A DNA stretch of 64,000 nucleotides from an uncultured Chloroflexia bacterium (GTDB taxonomy: Bacteria; Chloroflexota; Chloroflexia; Thermomicrobiales; UBA6265): positions 32,001-96,000 of the forward strand of contig CAVRUC010000010.1 in assembly GCA_963724295.1 (NCBI GenBank). Direction: 5' to 3'. This document shows, piece after piece, positions 32,569 to 41,034 of this stretch. The notes under the pieces were generated by a model. That model searched no databases. It had not been told where the DNA came from and worked only from the letters and a program-made list of their open reading frames with translations. Made by a program: the position numbers and the translations under genes. Numbering within the stretch: position 1 is the stretch's first letter; each line of letters starts with the position of its first letter.

Positions 32569-33288
32569 GTGCAGCCAGCGCCGCGCGATACTCAACACAG
32601 ATTACCGCCCGACCTGCAAGTCCTGAACCACGCCACCCTGGCTGAACAGGTCTACCAGCATCTGCGCCAGCAGATCCTGGGCAACGCCTTTCCCCCTAAC
32701 GCCGCGCTTCCCGAGAAAACCCTGGCCAGCCAGCTCAATGTCAGCCGGGTTCCCGTGCGCGAGGCGCTGCACAAGCTTGCCGCCGACGGGCTCGTCACCC
32801 TCAAACCTCGCCAGGGCGCCTTCGTCAGCTCGCTTTCGCCACGGCAGTTTCTCGATGCCTACCGCGTGCGCGAGGCCCTCGAAGACCTGGCCATCAGGCT
32901 CGCTCTGCCCAATTTGACCCACGACGATCTCGCCGAGCTCGGCCGTCTCCAGGCCGAGATGCGGCAGTACGCCGCGGCGAACGACGCCGACGCCTTCTTC
33001 GCCGCCAACCACGCGTTCCACGCGCTCTTCGTGGAGCGCTCCGAAAACGACTATCTCAAGGGCATCTACTTCCCGCTGATGGACCAGATGCGCCGTCACC
33101 TCTCCTCCTCCCTCGGGCTGCGCGGCGGGCTCGAGCGTTCGATCGAGGAGCACCAGGCCATCCTGGGCGCGGTCCACTCGGGCGACGCCGATGAGGCCGC
33201 GCGCCGTTTGCGCGAGCACATCCACGTGCCCCAGCGCGCGCTCGAGGAGAGCGAGCCCGCGAACGCACAGAGAGGACCACAACGCTAA
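32569..33288 (+). CDS. GntR family regulator (FadR/FCD)
   Basis: wHTH LASQLNVSRVPVREAL; FCD motifs NHAFH and EEHQAI. Confidence 0.92.
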   Translation: MQPAPRDTQHRLPPDLQVLNHATLAEQVYQHLRQQILGNAFPPNAALPEKTLASQLNVSRVPVREALHKLAADGLVTLKPRQGAFVSSLSPRQFLDAYRVREALEDLAIRLALPNLTHDDLAELGRLQAEMRQYAAANDADAFFAANHAFHALFVERSENDYLKGIYFPLMDQMRRHLSSSLGLRGGLERSIEEHQAILGAVHSGDADEAARRLREHIHVPQRALEESEPANAQRGPQR

Positions 33289-34349
33289 TGACCGACCGTC
33301 CGCCGCGCTTCGGCGTCAATCTCAACAATCGCGAGCCGTTCATCGCGCCGGACTACACCCTGGCCGATCTGCTCTCGCTGGCCGAACGCGCCGAGTCGCT
33401 GGGATTCGATTCGGTCTGGGTGGGTGACAGCCTCTTCTCTAAACCGCGCTGGGAGCCAATTACCCTGCTCTCGGCCATCTCGCAGCGCACCAGCCGCGTC
33501 AAGCTGGGCACCGCCTGCATGGTCTCCGGCACCCGCCACCCGCTCTACCTCGCCCTCGAATGGGCGACGCTCGACCAACTCTCCAACGGCCGCACCATCC
33601 TGGGCACGGGAATGGGCAATCCTGAAGAGGGGGTACGCCGCGAGTACGCGGCCGTCGGTCTCGATTTCGATCAACGGGCCAGGATCTTCGAGGAGGGTTT
33701 GGCCGTCCTGCGCGAGCTATGGACGACGGGCGAGACCAGCTTCCAGGGCGAGCACTATGCCTTCGACCACGTCTCGTTCTTCTCCGGAACCGAGATGGGT
33801 CCGCTCGCTCCGGTGCAGACACCGCCGCCGATCTGGGTGGTCAGCAATCCCCGGTTGACCGTCGGTACCAGGCAGGAGGAGAAGACAGAGCGCGTTGTCA
33901 GTCGCGCCGCGCGCCGCATCGCCCGCTACGGCGATGGCTGGATGACCTGCTGCCGCGCCCGCCATCCCGACGAGTTCCAGGCTCAGCTGGCGCAGATCGA
34001 GCAGGCAATCGAGGAGGCTGGTCGCTCCCGTGACGAGTTCGTGATGTCCTATCAGGTCACCATGAACATCGCCGACAGCCGGGAGGAGGCGCAGGCCGGC
34101 ATCGACGCCTACATCAGCCAGTACTACCCCGAGCTGAGCAAGGCCATGGATATCGGCGAATGGGGTCCGGTGGGTACTCCGGACGACATCGGGGACTGGT
34201 TGCGCACGTTCGCCGACGCCGGTGTCGACTACTTCATCTGCCGTTTCGGCTCGCTCGACCAGTTCGGACAGGTGGAGCGGCTGGCACGCGACGTCCTGCC
34301 TGCCTTCGCGACGACGGGTGTAACGGCGCCGGCACGGGTTTCGATCTGA
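33288..34349 (+). CDS. LLM-class (luciferase-like) flavin/F420-dependent oxidoreductase
   Basis: AESLGFDSVWVGDS, ATLDQLSNGRTILG, ARYGDGW. Confidence 0.88.
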   Translation: MTDRPPRFGVNLNNREPFIAPDYTLADLLSLAERAESLGFDSVWVGDSLFSKPRWEPITLLSAISQRTSRVKLGTACMVSGTRHPLYLALEWATLDQLSNGRTILGTGMGNPEEGVRREYAAVGLDFDQRARIFEEGLAVLRELWTTGETSFQGEHYAFDHVSFFSGTEMGPLAPVQTPPPIWVVSNPRLTVGTRQEEKTERVVSRAARRIARYGDGWMTCCRARHPDEFQAQLAQIEQAIEEAGRSRDEFVMSYQVTMNIADSREEAQAGIDAYISQYYPELSKAMDIGEWGPVGTPDDIGDWLRTFADAGVDYFICRFGSLDQFGQVERLARDVLPAFATTGVTAPARVSI

Positions 34350-34386
34350 CGGTAAGCGAGTCGCGTTGAGTCGAGGAGGATAGCGC

Positions 34387-35406
34387 ATGAGCGAGTCAAA
34401 CGGGAACCTGTCTCCAGGGCTGCGCCGCGACGCGGAGCTGGTCGCCGCAGTTTGCATGTCGGTCGAGCCGGACGATGTGGTGACGATCATCACCGATGAC
34501 GATCATCTGGACGAGGCCAACGCGCTGGCGCAAGTCGTCGTCGAGCGTGGCGGCTACCCAGTGATCGCCAACAACGAGCATCAGGTGCAGCGAGCCATCG
34601 CCGACATGAAGTTCCCGATGGCGCCTCCGCGCAACCTGCACCAGGCGATGACGACGTCCGACGAGATCATCATCATCACCAACCTGGAGTGGGCCAATCG
34701 CTTCGCGCACGTCTCCGCGGTGCGTGAGTCGTGCGACAACAACGCCAAGATCGCCTCGGTCGAGGAGGGCATCGGTTCCTGGGACCTCACGGAGGCCGAC
34801 ATTCGGGACGCCACCGACCGCGCCAGGGCCGCGATAGCCGCCCTCGACGGCGCCACGTGGTGCCGGGTCACCTCCCCCGCCGGCACCGACGTCCGCGTCT
34901 CGATCGAGGGGCGACCGGCGCTGGAGGTGACGCCGATCAAGAAGCGCGGCCAGATGATGGGGCCGGTGCCGCTCTGGGCGGAAGTCGCCTTCGCCGCGGT
35001 CGAGGACCGCACAGAAGGGACGATCGTCGTCGACGGAATCATGCTCGGCATCGGCTTGCCCGGTCAGACGCCCAACCCAATCACCTGGAACGTCGAAAAG
35101 GGCCGCGTCACGCGGATCACCGGCGGTGAAGAAGCCGAAAAGCTGAAGAAGGTCATCGCAGGCGTCCTCGGCTCCGACGTGATCGGCGAGTTTGCGTTTG
35201 GCACGAGCGAGAAGTCGCCAACCGGATCGCCGTCCGAGAAGGGTCTGCTCGGCACCGTCCACTTCGCCCTCGGCGACAACCACAACGCCTACCCCGGCGG
35301 GCAGAACGTGAGCACGCTCCATCTCGACGGCAACTGCCTGAACGCCTCGCTCCTGATCGAGGATTCCGGCCGGTACATCATCAAGGACGGCAAGTGGGCG
35401 CTGTAG
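34387..35406 (+). CDS. M29 aminopeptidase / NicX-fold metalloenzyme
   Basis: TSPAGTD, EVAFAA, GEFAFG, EKGLLGTVHFALG, N.STLHLD. Confidence 0.75.
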   Translation: MSESNGNLSPGLRRDAELVAAVCMSVEPDDVVTIITDDDHLDEANALAQVVVERGGYPVIANNEHQVQRAIADMKFPMAPPRNLHQAMTTSDEIIIITNLEWANRFAHVSAVRESCDNNAKIASVEEGIGSWDLTEADIRDATDRARAAIAALDGATWCRVTSPAGTDVRVSIEGRPALEVTPIKKRGQMMGPVPLWAEVAFAAVEDRTEGTIVVDGIMLGIGLPGQTPNPITWNVEKGRVTRITGGEEAEKLKKVIAGVLGSDVIGEFAFGTSEKSPTGSPSEKGLLGTVHFALGDNHNAYPGGQNVSTLHLDGNCLNASLLIEDSGRYIIKDGKWAL

Positions 35407-35771
35407 ACACCCCGGCGATCACCGTCGTCACGCGGGATGAGGTCGATCCCATTCCACTGCCGAATGGAAGCTGGAGCCGGATGGTCCTCACCGGCGATAC
35501 GGCGCCCGGAATCGCCAGCTCGCTTGGCTACTCGGTATTCACGCCAGGTACCGCCACCGGGATGGTGTCGCACGAGGTGGAAGAGGTGGCGTTCGTGCTC
35601 GCGGGTCAAGGGGAGATCCGCACTGATGCCGGTCCGGCGCCATTCCGCGCCGGTCAAGCACTGCACATTCCGCCGGGACTCTGGCACGCCGTCGCCAATA
35701 CCGGCGATGAGGACGTGGTGATGGTCTTCGGGTTTCCCTACCCCGGCTACCCGCCGACCGAGCGGCGATGA
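35394..35771 (+). CDS. Cupin domain protein
   Basis: SHEVEEVAFVLAGQG and HIPPGLWHAVAN cupin motifs. Confidence 0.85.
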   Translation: MGAVDTPAITVVTRDEVDPIPLPNGSWSRMVLTGDTAPGIASSLGYSVFTPGTATGMVSHEVEEVAFVLAGQGEIRTDAGPAPFRAGQALHIPPGLWHAVANTGDEDVVMVFGFPYPGYPPTERR

Positions 35772-36550
35772 GCCCCGGTACGCGGTCTCTTGCGATGGCG
35801 CCAGATCGGACCGAAGAGGCGGTCGACACCAATCTGCGCGAACAGGTCGCATGGTCCTGCCGCATCCTGGCGATGGGTGGCCATGGAGACTACACCCTTG
35901 GCCACGTCAGTGCGCGGGCGACTGGTGGCCAGCACATCCTGATGAAGCCGAACGGTTTGGGATTGGAAGAGGTCAGGCCGGGCGACCTCCTGGCGCTCGA
36001 TCTGGAGGGCGCGAAGCTGTCGGGAGCGGGACCGATCCACCTCGAGTATGTCCTGCACACCGAGATCTACAAGGCGCGTCCTGATGTGGGCGCGGTGGTC
36101 CACACGCACCCGCCTTACGCCACGGCGTTCGGCGCGACCGATGCAACACTCGAGCTGCTCAACCATGACGCCGTCCTCTTCCGAGAGGGACTCGCCTATT
36201 TCGACGACACCGCCGAGCTGATTGTTCGCCCGGAGCAGGGCGCCGCCGTCGCCGCCGCGCTCGGTGATAAGCGCGTGCTGGTCATGCGTGGTCACGGTCT
36301 CATCGTCACCGGTGAGACCGTTCCCTGGGCCACCTACGCCGCGCTCACTCTGGAGCGGGTGCTGCAGATTCAGTCGATCGCGAGCTCGCTCGGCAATCTC
36401 CTGCCGATGTCCCCGGAGATGGCCGACCGCGTCTACCCGGAGAAGTACCGCGACGATCATCTCGCCAAATACTGGGACTACCTCGTGCGTCAGGTGCGGC
36501 GCGCCGGGCTCGCGGCCGGGATGCCGGGGTCGGGTGATGACCGTGCTTGA
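35768..36550 (+). CDS. Class II aldolase/adducin family; candidate 3-hydroxy-2-methylpyridine-4,5-dicarboxylate decarboxylase
   Basis: GHVSAR, LEYVLHTEIYKARPDV..VVHTH, MRGHG; B6 operon context and W...RRAGLA tail as recalled for M. loti Mlr6791. Confidence 0.7.
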   Translation: MSPGTRSLAMAPDRTEEAVDTNLREQVAWSCRILAMGGHGDYTLGHVSARATGGQHILMKPNGLGLEEVRPGDLLALDLEGAKLSGAGPIHLEYVLHTEIYKARPDVGAVVHTHPPYATAFGATDATLELLNHDAVLFREGLAYFDDTAELIVRPEQGAAVAAALGDKRVLVMRGHGLIVTGETVPWATYAALTLERVLQIQSIASSLGNLLPMSPEMADRVYPEKYRDDHLAKYWDYLVRQVRRAGLAAGMPGSGDDRA

Positions 36551-37430
36551 CCGGTTCAGCATCCACCAGCCGCAGAGTGTCGAGGAGGCATCAGCGCTGC
36601 TGGCTCGCTTCGGCCCGGACGCGGCGATCTATGCCGGAGGGACCGAGCTGCTGATCGTGATGAAGGAGCGACTCGCCCACTTTCCGCATCTGATCGACAT
36701 CAAGCGGATTCCCGGGTTGAAAGAGATCGACTTCGACGCGGAACGGCGGGAGTTGTCGATCGGCACCGTAGCCACGCATCGCGACCTCGAGCGTTCCGCC
36801 GTGGTGCGAGAGCGATGTCCGGCGCTGGCCATGATGGCAGCGGCCGTCGCCAATATTCGGGTGCGTAATGCCGGCACGATCGGCGGCAACCTCTGCTTCG
36901 CCGAGCCACACAGCGACCCGGCGACCCTGCTCACCGCGCTCGACGCCCGGCTGACCCTGACCTCCACCACGGGTACTCGCCAGCTGCCGATGGCCTCGTT
37001 CATCACCGGTCTGATGGAGACCGCCCGCCACCACGACGAGGTTCTTGTCAGCATCGCCGTGCCAGAGCCACCGGCCAACGCCGGCGTCGCCTACGAACGC
37101 TTCAAGCTCCATGAGCGGCCGACCGCGGCGGTCGCCGCCGTGATCGCGGTCGACGGCGGCTCGATCACCGACGCCCGTATCGTGGCTGGCAGCGTCGGCG
37201 AGCGTCCCCAACGACTCTCCGAAACCGAGACCATCTTGCGTGGGCAGCCTGCCGAGGGATCGACGGCAACCATCGCGGCCGACGTCATTCGGGATGAAGT
37301 CGAAACCAGCGGCGACGTGTTCGAGTCGGAGGCGTATACCCGCCAGCTCGCGCGCACCGTTGGCCGCCGGGCCGTGGCCGCCGCCATCCAGCGCGCGACC
37401 GGCGAGGAGGGTGGCCGCCGTGCCGCCTGA
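36537..37430 (+). CDS. Molybdo-hydroxylase FAD subunit (CoxM/XdhB-like)
   Basis: AGGTEL, LIDIK, RNAGTIGGNL, PHSD. Confidence 0.9.
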   Translation: MTVLDRFSIHQPQSVEEASALLARFGPDAAIYAGGTELLIVMKERLAHFPHLIDIKRIPGLKEIDFDAERRELSIGTVATHRDLERSAVVRERCPALAMMAAAVANIRVRNAGTIGGNLCFAEPHSDPATLLTALDARLTLTSTTGTRQLPMASFITGLMETARHHDEVLVSIAVPEPPANAGVAYERFKLHERPTAAVAAVIAVDGGSITDARIVAGSVGERPQRLSETETILRGQPAEGSTATIAADVIRDEVETSGDVFESEAYTRQLARTVGRRAVAAAIQRATGEEGGRRAA

Positions 37431-37935
37431 GATAGCTGAGCCAGCGACGATGCACCTGCAGACGACTGTGAACGGTCGGCCAGTTGCGATCGAGATCGAA
37501 CCGCGGGCGATCCTGCTCGACGTCCTGCGCGACGAACTCGGGCTGACCGGCGCCAAGCGCTCGTGCGACACGCAGGTTTGTGGCGCCTGCACCGTCCTCC
37601 TCGACGGCGCTCCAGTGAGCGCGTGCTGCACGCTCGCCTACGAGACCGACGGGCGGGAAGTGGAAACGATCGAAGGTCTGGCGGGTCCGAATGGACTCCA
37701 CCCAATCCAGCAGGCGTTCGTCGATCGTGTAGCGATCCAGTGTGGATTCTGTACACCTGGGTTCGTTCTCACCACCAAAGCGCTGCTGGCCGAGAACCCA
37801 CGACCGACACGCTTGGAGATCGAGGATTTCCTGGGCGGGAATCTCTGCCGCTGCACGGGCTACTGGAATATCCTCGACGCCGTCGCGGACGCCGCCGGGC
37901 GACTCGCCGCCGATGGCCGGAGCGAGGTGTCATGA
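37420..37935 (+). CDS. Molybdo-hydroxylase [2Fe-2S] subunit (CoxS-like)
   Basis: GAKRSCDTQVCGACTV, QCGFCTPG, GNLCRCTGY. Confidence 0.93.
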   Translation: MPPEIAEPATMHLQTTVNGRPVAIEIEPRAILLDVLRDELGLTGAKRSCDTQVCGACTVLLDGAPVSACCTLAYETDGREVETIEGLAGPNGLHPIQQAFVDRVAIQCGFCTPGFVLTTKALLAENPRPTRLEIEDFLGGNLCRCTGYWNILDAVADAAGRLAADGRSEVS

Positions 37936-40259
37936 GCGCCATCGCGGCAGCACCACCGCAACTCACCGCCATCGGACATGACGCGCCTCGCATCGACGCC
38001 GTCGCCAAGGTGACCGGCGAGGCCCAATTCGCGGGTGATCTCCGCCTGCACGGGATGGCCTACGGCCGGCTGCTACGCAGCCCGTACGCCCATGCCCGCA
38101 TTACCGGCATCGACACGAGCCGTGCCGAAGCGCTCCCCGGCGTGATCGCGGTGATGACCGGTCGCGACCTGCCGGCGGTCGACCCTTACTACGGTCACGC
38201 GCTGAAGGATCGACCAATCCTCGCCATCGACCGCGTCCGCTTCGTGGGCGAGCCGGTGGTGGCTGTTGCCGCGGAGAGCCCCGCGATCGCCGACGAGGCC
38301 ATCACCCTCATCGACGTCGCGTACGAAGAGCTTCCGATCGTGGTCACGACCGATGCGGCCCTCATGCCGGATGCCCCGCATCTCCACGACGTCGTCAACC
38401 TGCGCCCGGGTCTCTTCCACGGCCTGGGCGACATTCACCTCGAACCAGGCAACGTCTGTTACCACCACGCGTTCGCGCGTGGAGACATCGCCCAGGCGTT
38501 CGCCGCGGCAGATATCGTCATCGCGGGCGAGTACGACTTTCCAGCGGTCTACCAGTACTCGCTGGAACCGCACACGACGATTGCCCATTGGACAGGGGAC
38601 GACGATCTCACCGTCTGGTCGTCATGCCAGCACCCATTTCTGGTTCGCGCGGAGCTGGCCGATCTCTACGCCCTGCCCGTCGCCGCGGTCCGGGTGGTGG
38701 TGCCCTATCTGGGTGGCGGTTTCGGCAGCAAGTCGTACACCAAGATGGAACCGATCACCTCGGCGCTGGCGCGCAAGACCGGTCGCCCGGTGCGCATCGC
38801 CAACAGCGTCGACGAGTCGATGGTCACCACCCGGCGGCACGGCATGAAAGCCTGGCTGCGGACCGCCGCCACGAGCGATGGTCGGCTCCTTGCCCGCGAA
38901 GTCCGCGCCTGGTTCGACACCGGCGCCTATGCCGACAACGGACCCCGTGTCGTCGCCACCGGCGCCGATGCCGCTCCCGGGCCATATCGCTGGGACGCGG
39001 TGCAGGTTGACGCCTGGGGTGTCTACACCAACACCTCCCCCGCCGGTTCGTACCGAGCCTTCGGAGCCAGTCATCTGCAATGGTGCGGCGAATTGCAAGT
39101 CGACGAGATAGCTCGCCGCTGCGGGTTGGACGCCTTGCGGATCAGGGAGCGAAACCTCCTACACCGCGGCGAATCCGTGCGCCCCGGCGGCAAACCGCTC
39201 GACGCCGATCTCATCGGGGACATCCGCAAAGTCGCGGCCGGTCTCGATTGGGAGACCCCGAAGCCAGCGGGGATCGTCGGGCGCGGCATGAGCGTCGGTC
39301 TTCTGGCCGCGGGCGCGCACCCGGTCTCGACCGCGATCGTGCGCATGGAGGCGGACGGTGGGGTCACCCTGCTCGTCAGCTCGACCGAGGTTGGCCAGGG
39401 GGCCCGAACCGTGTTCGCGCAGATCGTTGCCGAGGAGCTCGCCCTCCCCCTGGAGAAGGTGCGAGTGCCCGGTGGAGACACCCGCGTCACTCCCTACGAT
39501 CGCTCGACCGGCGCCAGCCGCTCGACGACGATCGCCGGTCTCGGCGTGTTGCGCGCCGCCGCCGACGTCCGATCACAGCTTCTGGCTATCGGATCGCGGG
39601 TCTTCGATCTTCCGGAAGAGGCCTTGACCGTGCGCGCGGGCGCGGTCTGGCATGAGGGCGAGTCGGTCCCCTACCCCGACCTGATCAAAGCCCACTTCGG
39701 GATGGTCGGGGGCGAGCTCATCGGGCACGGCGAAGTCCGCCCTGAACGCGGCAGCGGCTCCTACGCCGAGGGCCCGGTCTTCTGGGAGGTCTGCATCGGC
39801 GGCGCCGAGGTCGCGGTCGATGCCGAGACCGGTCGCGTCACGGTCAACAAGGCGGTCAGTGTCGCCGACGTCGGTAAAGCGCTCAACCCGCGGCTGGTCG
39901 AGGCGCAGGAGATGGGTGGCGCGATGCAGGGGATCGGCAACGCGCTACACGAGGAGATGCTCTTCGATCGAACCGGCACGCTCCTCAATGCGACGCTTTT
40001 CGAGTATCACGTCCCGACGATTGCCGATATGCCGGATACTTTCGTCTCGAACATCGTCGAGAACGCCGACGGACCAGGACCTTACGGCGCCAAAGGCGTT
40101 GGCGAAGGTGCGCTGGCCGGTGTCGCCGCCGCCATCGCCACGGCGCTGGCCGACGCCGGGGTACGGATCGACACGCTGCCCGCCACGCCCGAGCGCGTGT
40201 GGCGCGCGCTGGCGGCACGCGAGGCGAGGATGCTGAACGAAGGAGATACGAAGCGATGA
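37932..40259 (+). CDS. Xanthine-oxidase-family molybdopterin-binding subunit
   Basis: RSPYAHA, GGGFGSK, GSYRAFG, EVGQG, GPYGAKGVGEG (catalytic Glu); lacks the CODH AYxCSFR loop. Confidence 0.92.
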   Translation: MSAIAAAPPQLTAIGHDAPRIDAVAKVTGEAQFAGDLRLHGMAYGRLLRSPYAHARITGIDTSRAEALPGVIAVMTGRDLPAVDPYYGHALKDRPILAIDRVRFVGEPVVAVAAESPAIADEAITLIDVAYEELPIVVTTDAALMPDAPHLHDVVNLRPGLFHGLGDIHLEPGNVCYHHAFARGDIAQAFAAADIVIAGEYDFPAVYQYSLEPHTTIAHWTGDDDLTVWSSCQHPFLVRAELADLYALPVAAVRVVVPYLGGGFGSKSYTKMEPITSALARKTGRPVRIANSVDESMVTTRRHGMKAWLRTAATSDGRLLAREVRAWFDTGAYADNGPRVVATGADAAPGPYRWDAVQVDAWGVYTNTSPAGSYRAFGASHLQWCGELQVDEIARRCGLDALRIRERNLLHRGESVRPGGKPLDADLIGDIRKVAAGLDWETPKPAGIVGRGMSVGLLAAGAHPVSTAIVRMEADGGVTLLVSSTEVGQGARTVFAQIVAEELALPLEKVRVPGGDTRVTPYDRSTGASRSTTIAGLGVLRAAADVRSQLLAIGSRVFDLPEEALTVRAGAVWHEGESVPYPDLIKAHFGMVGGELIGHGEVRPERGSGSYAEGPVFWEVCIGGAEVAVDAETGRVTVNKAVSVADVGKALNPRLVEAQEMGGAMQGIGNALHEEMLFDRTGTLLNATLFEYHVPTIADMPDTFVSNIVENADGPGPYGAKGVGEGALAGVAAAIATALADAGVRIDTLPATPERVWRALAAREARMLNEGDTKR

Positions 40260-41014
40260 AGGTCTATCTGCTCGACAACGGCACGCTGATGCTCGACCAG
40301 TCCTTCGCCACCTGGAATCACGGACAGGGGGTCGAGTTTCGCTTCCCGGTCTATGCGTTCTTTGTCGATCATCCTGACGGGAAGGTCATGATCGACACCG
40401 GCTTTGACAAAGCGTGGGTGGAACGGAAGCTCCCGTTCGAAAAACCGCAACAGAGCGAGGAGCAGACGATCGAAGCGCAGCTGGCGATGATCGGGGTGAA
40501 GCCGGAAGAGATCGACATCGTCATCAACTCCCATCTCCATTTCGACCACTGCTCGAACAACAAGCTCTTCCCCCAGGCAACGTTCTACTTTTCGAAATCC
40601 GAGCTGCGGCACTCGTATGTGCCTGATCCCTGGGAGCGACTCGGATACGATCCCGAGCTGGTCGTCATGCCGGGGATGAAGACCGAGCTGCTCGACCTCG
40701 GCCACTACGAATACGAAGTCCTGCCGGGGATCACCTTGATCGAGACTCCGGGGCACTCCGCGGGGCATCTCTCGGTGATCCTGCAACCGGGCAATGATGC
40801 GCAGCCGATGGTGTTTCCGATTGACGTGGCCTACACCAGGCACAATCTCGAGGACAAAGTCCTGATGGGTCTCCACAGCGATCCGCTGGAGCTCCTCGAT
40901 TCCATGAATCGCATCGAAAACATCGCTAAGAAGGTCGGCGGCAAGATCTTCTACTCGCACGATCCCGAGGAGTATGCGAACTACACGCTCTGCCCGGCGT
41001 ACTACGGCGGCTAA
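40256..41014 (+). CDS. 4-pyridoxolactonase-like metallo-beta-lactamase (AHL-lactonase family)
   Basis: HLHFDH, TPGHSAGH; KVYLLD.G.L.LD...WN.G....RFPVY and LPFEKP motifs as recalled for M. loti Mlr6805. Confidence 0.85.
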   Translation: MKVYLLDNGTLMLDQSFATWNHGQGVEFRFPVYAFFVDHPDGKVMIDTGFDKAWVERKLPFEKPQQSEEQTIEAQLAMIGVKPEEIDIVINSHLHFDHCSNNKLFPQATFYFSKSELRHSYVPDPWERLGYDPELVVMPGMKTELLDLGHYEYEVLPGITLIETPGHSAGHLSVILQPGNDAQPMVFPIDVAYTRHNLEDKVLMGLHSDPLELLDSMNRIENIAKKVGGKIFYSHDPEEYANYTLCPAYYGG

Positions 41015-41034
41015 CCGAGCGACGGATCGAGACG

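Noticed and set aside
36537..40259. Aerobic CO dehydrogenase (coxMSL order)
   Set aside because: Active-site loop is GSYRAFG, not AYxCSFR (form I) or AYRGAGR (form II); no cox accessory genes
40256..41014. Quorum-quenching AHL lactonase
   Set aside because: Same fold, but motifs and context fit 4-pyridoxolactonase better
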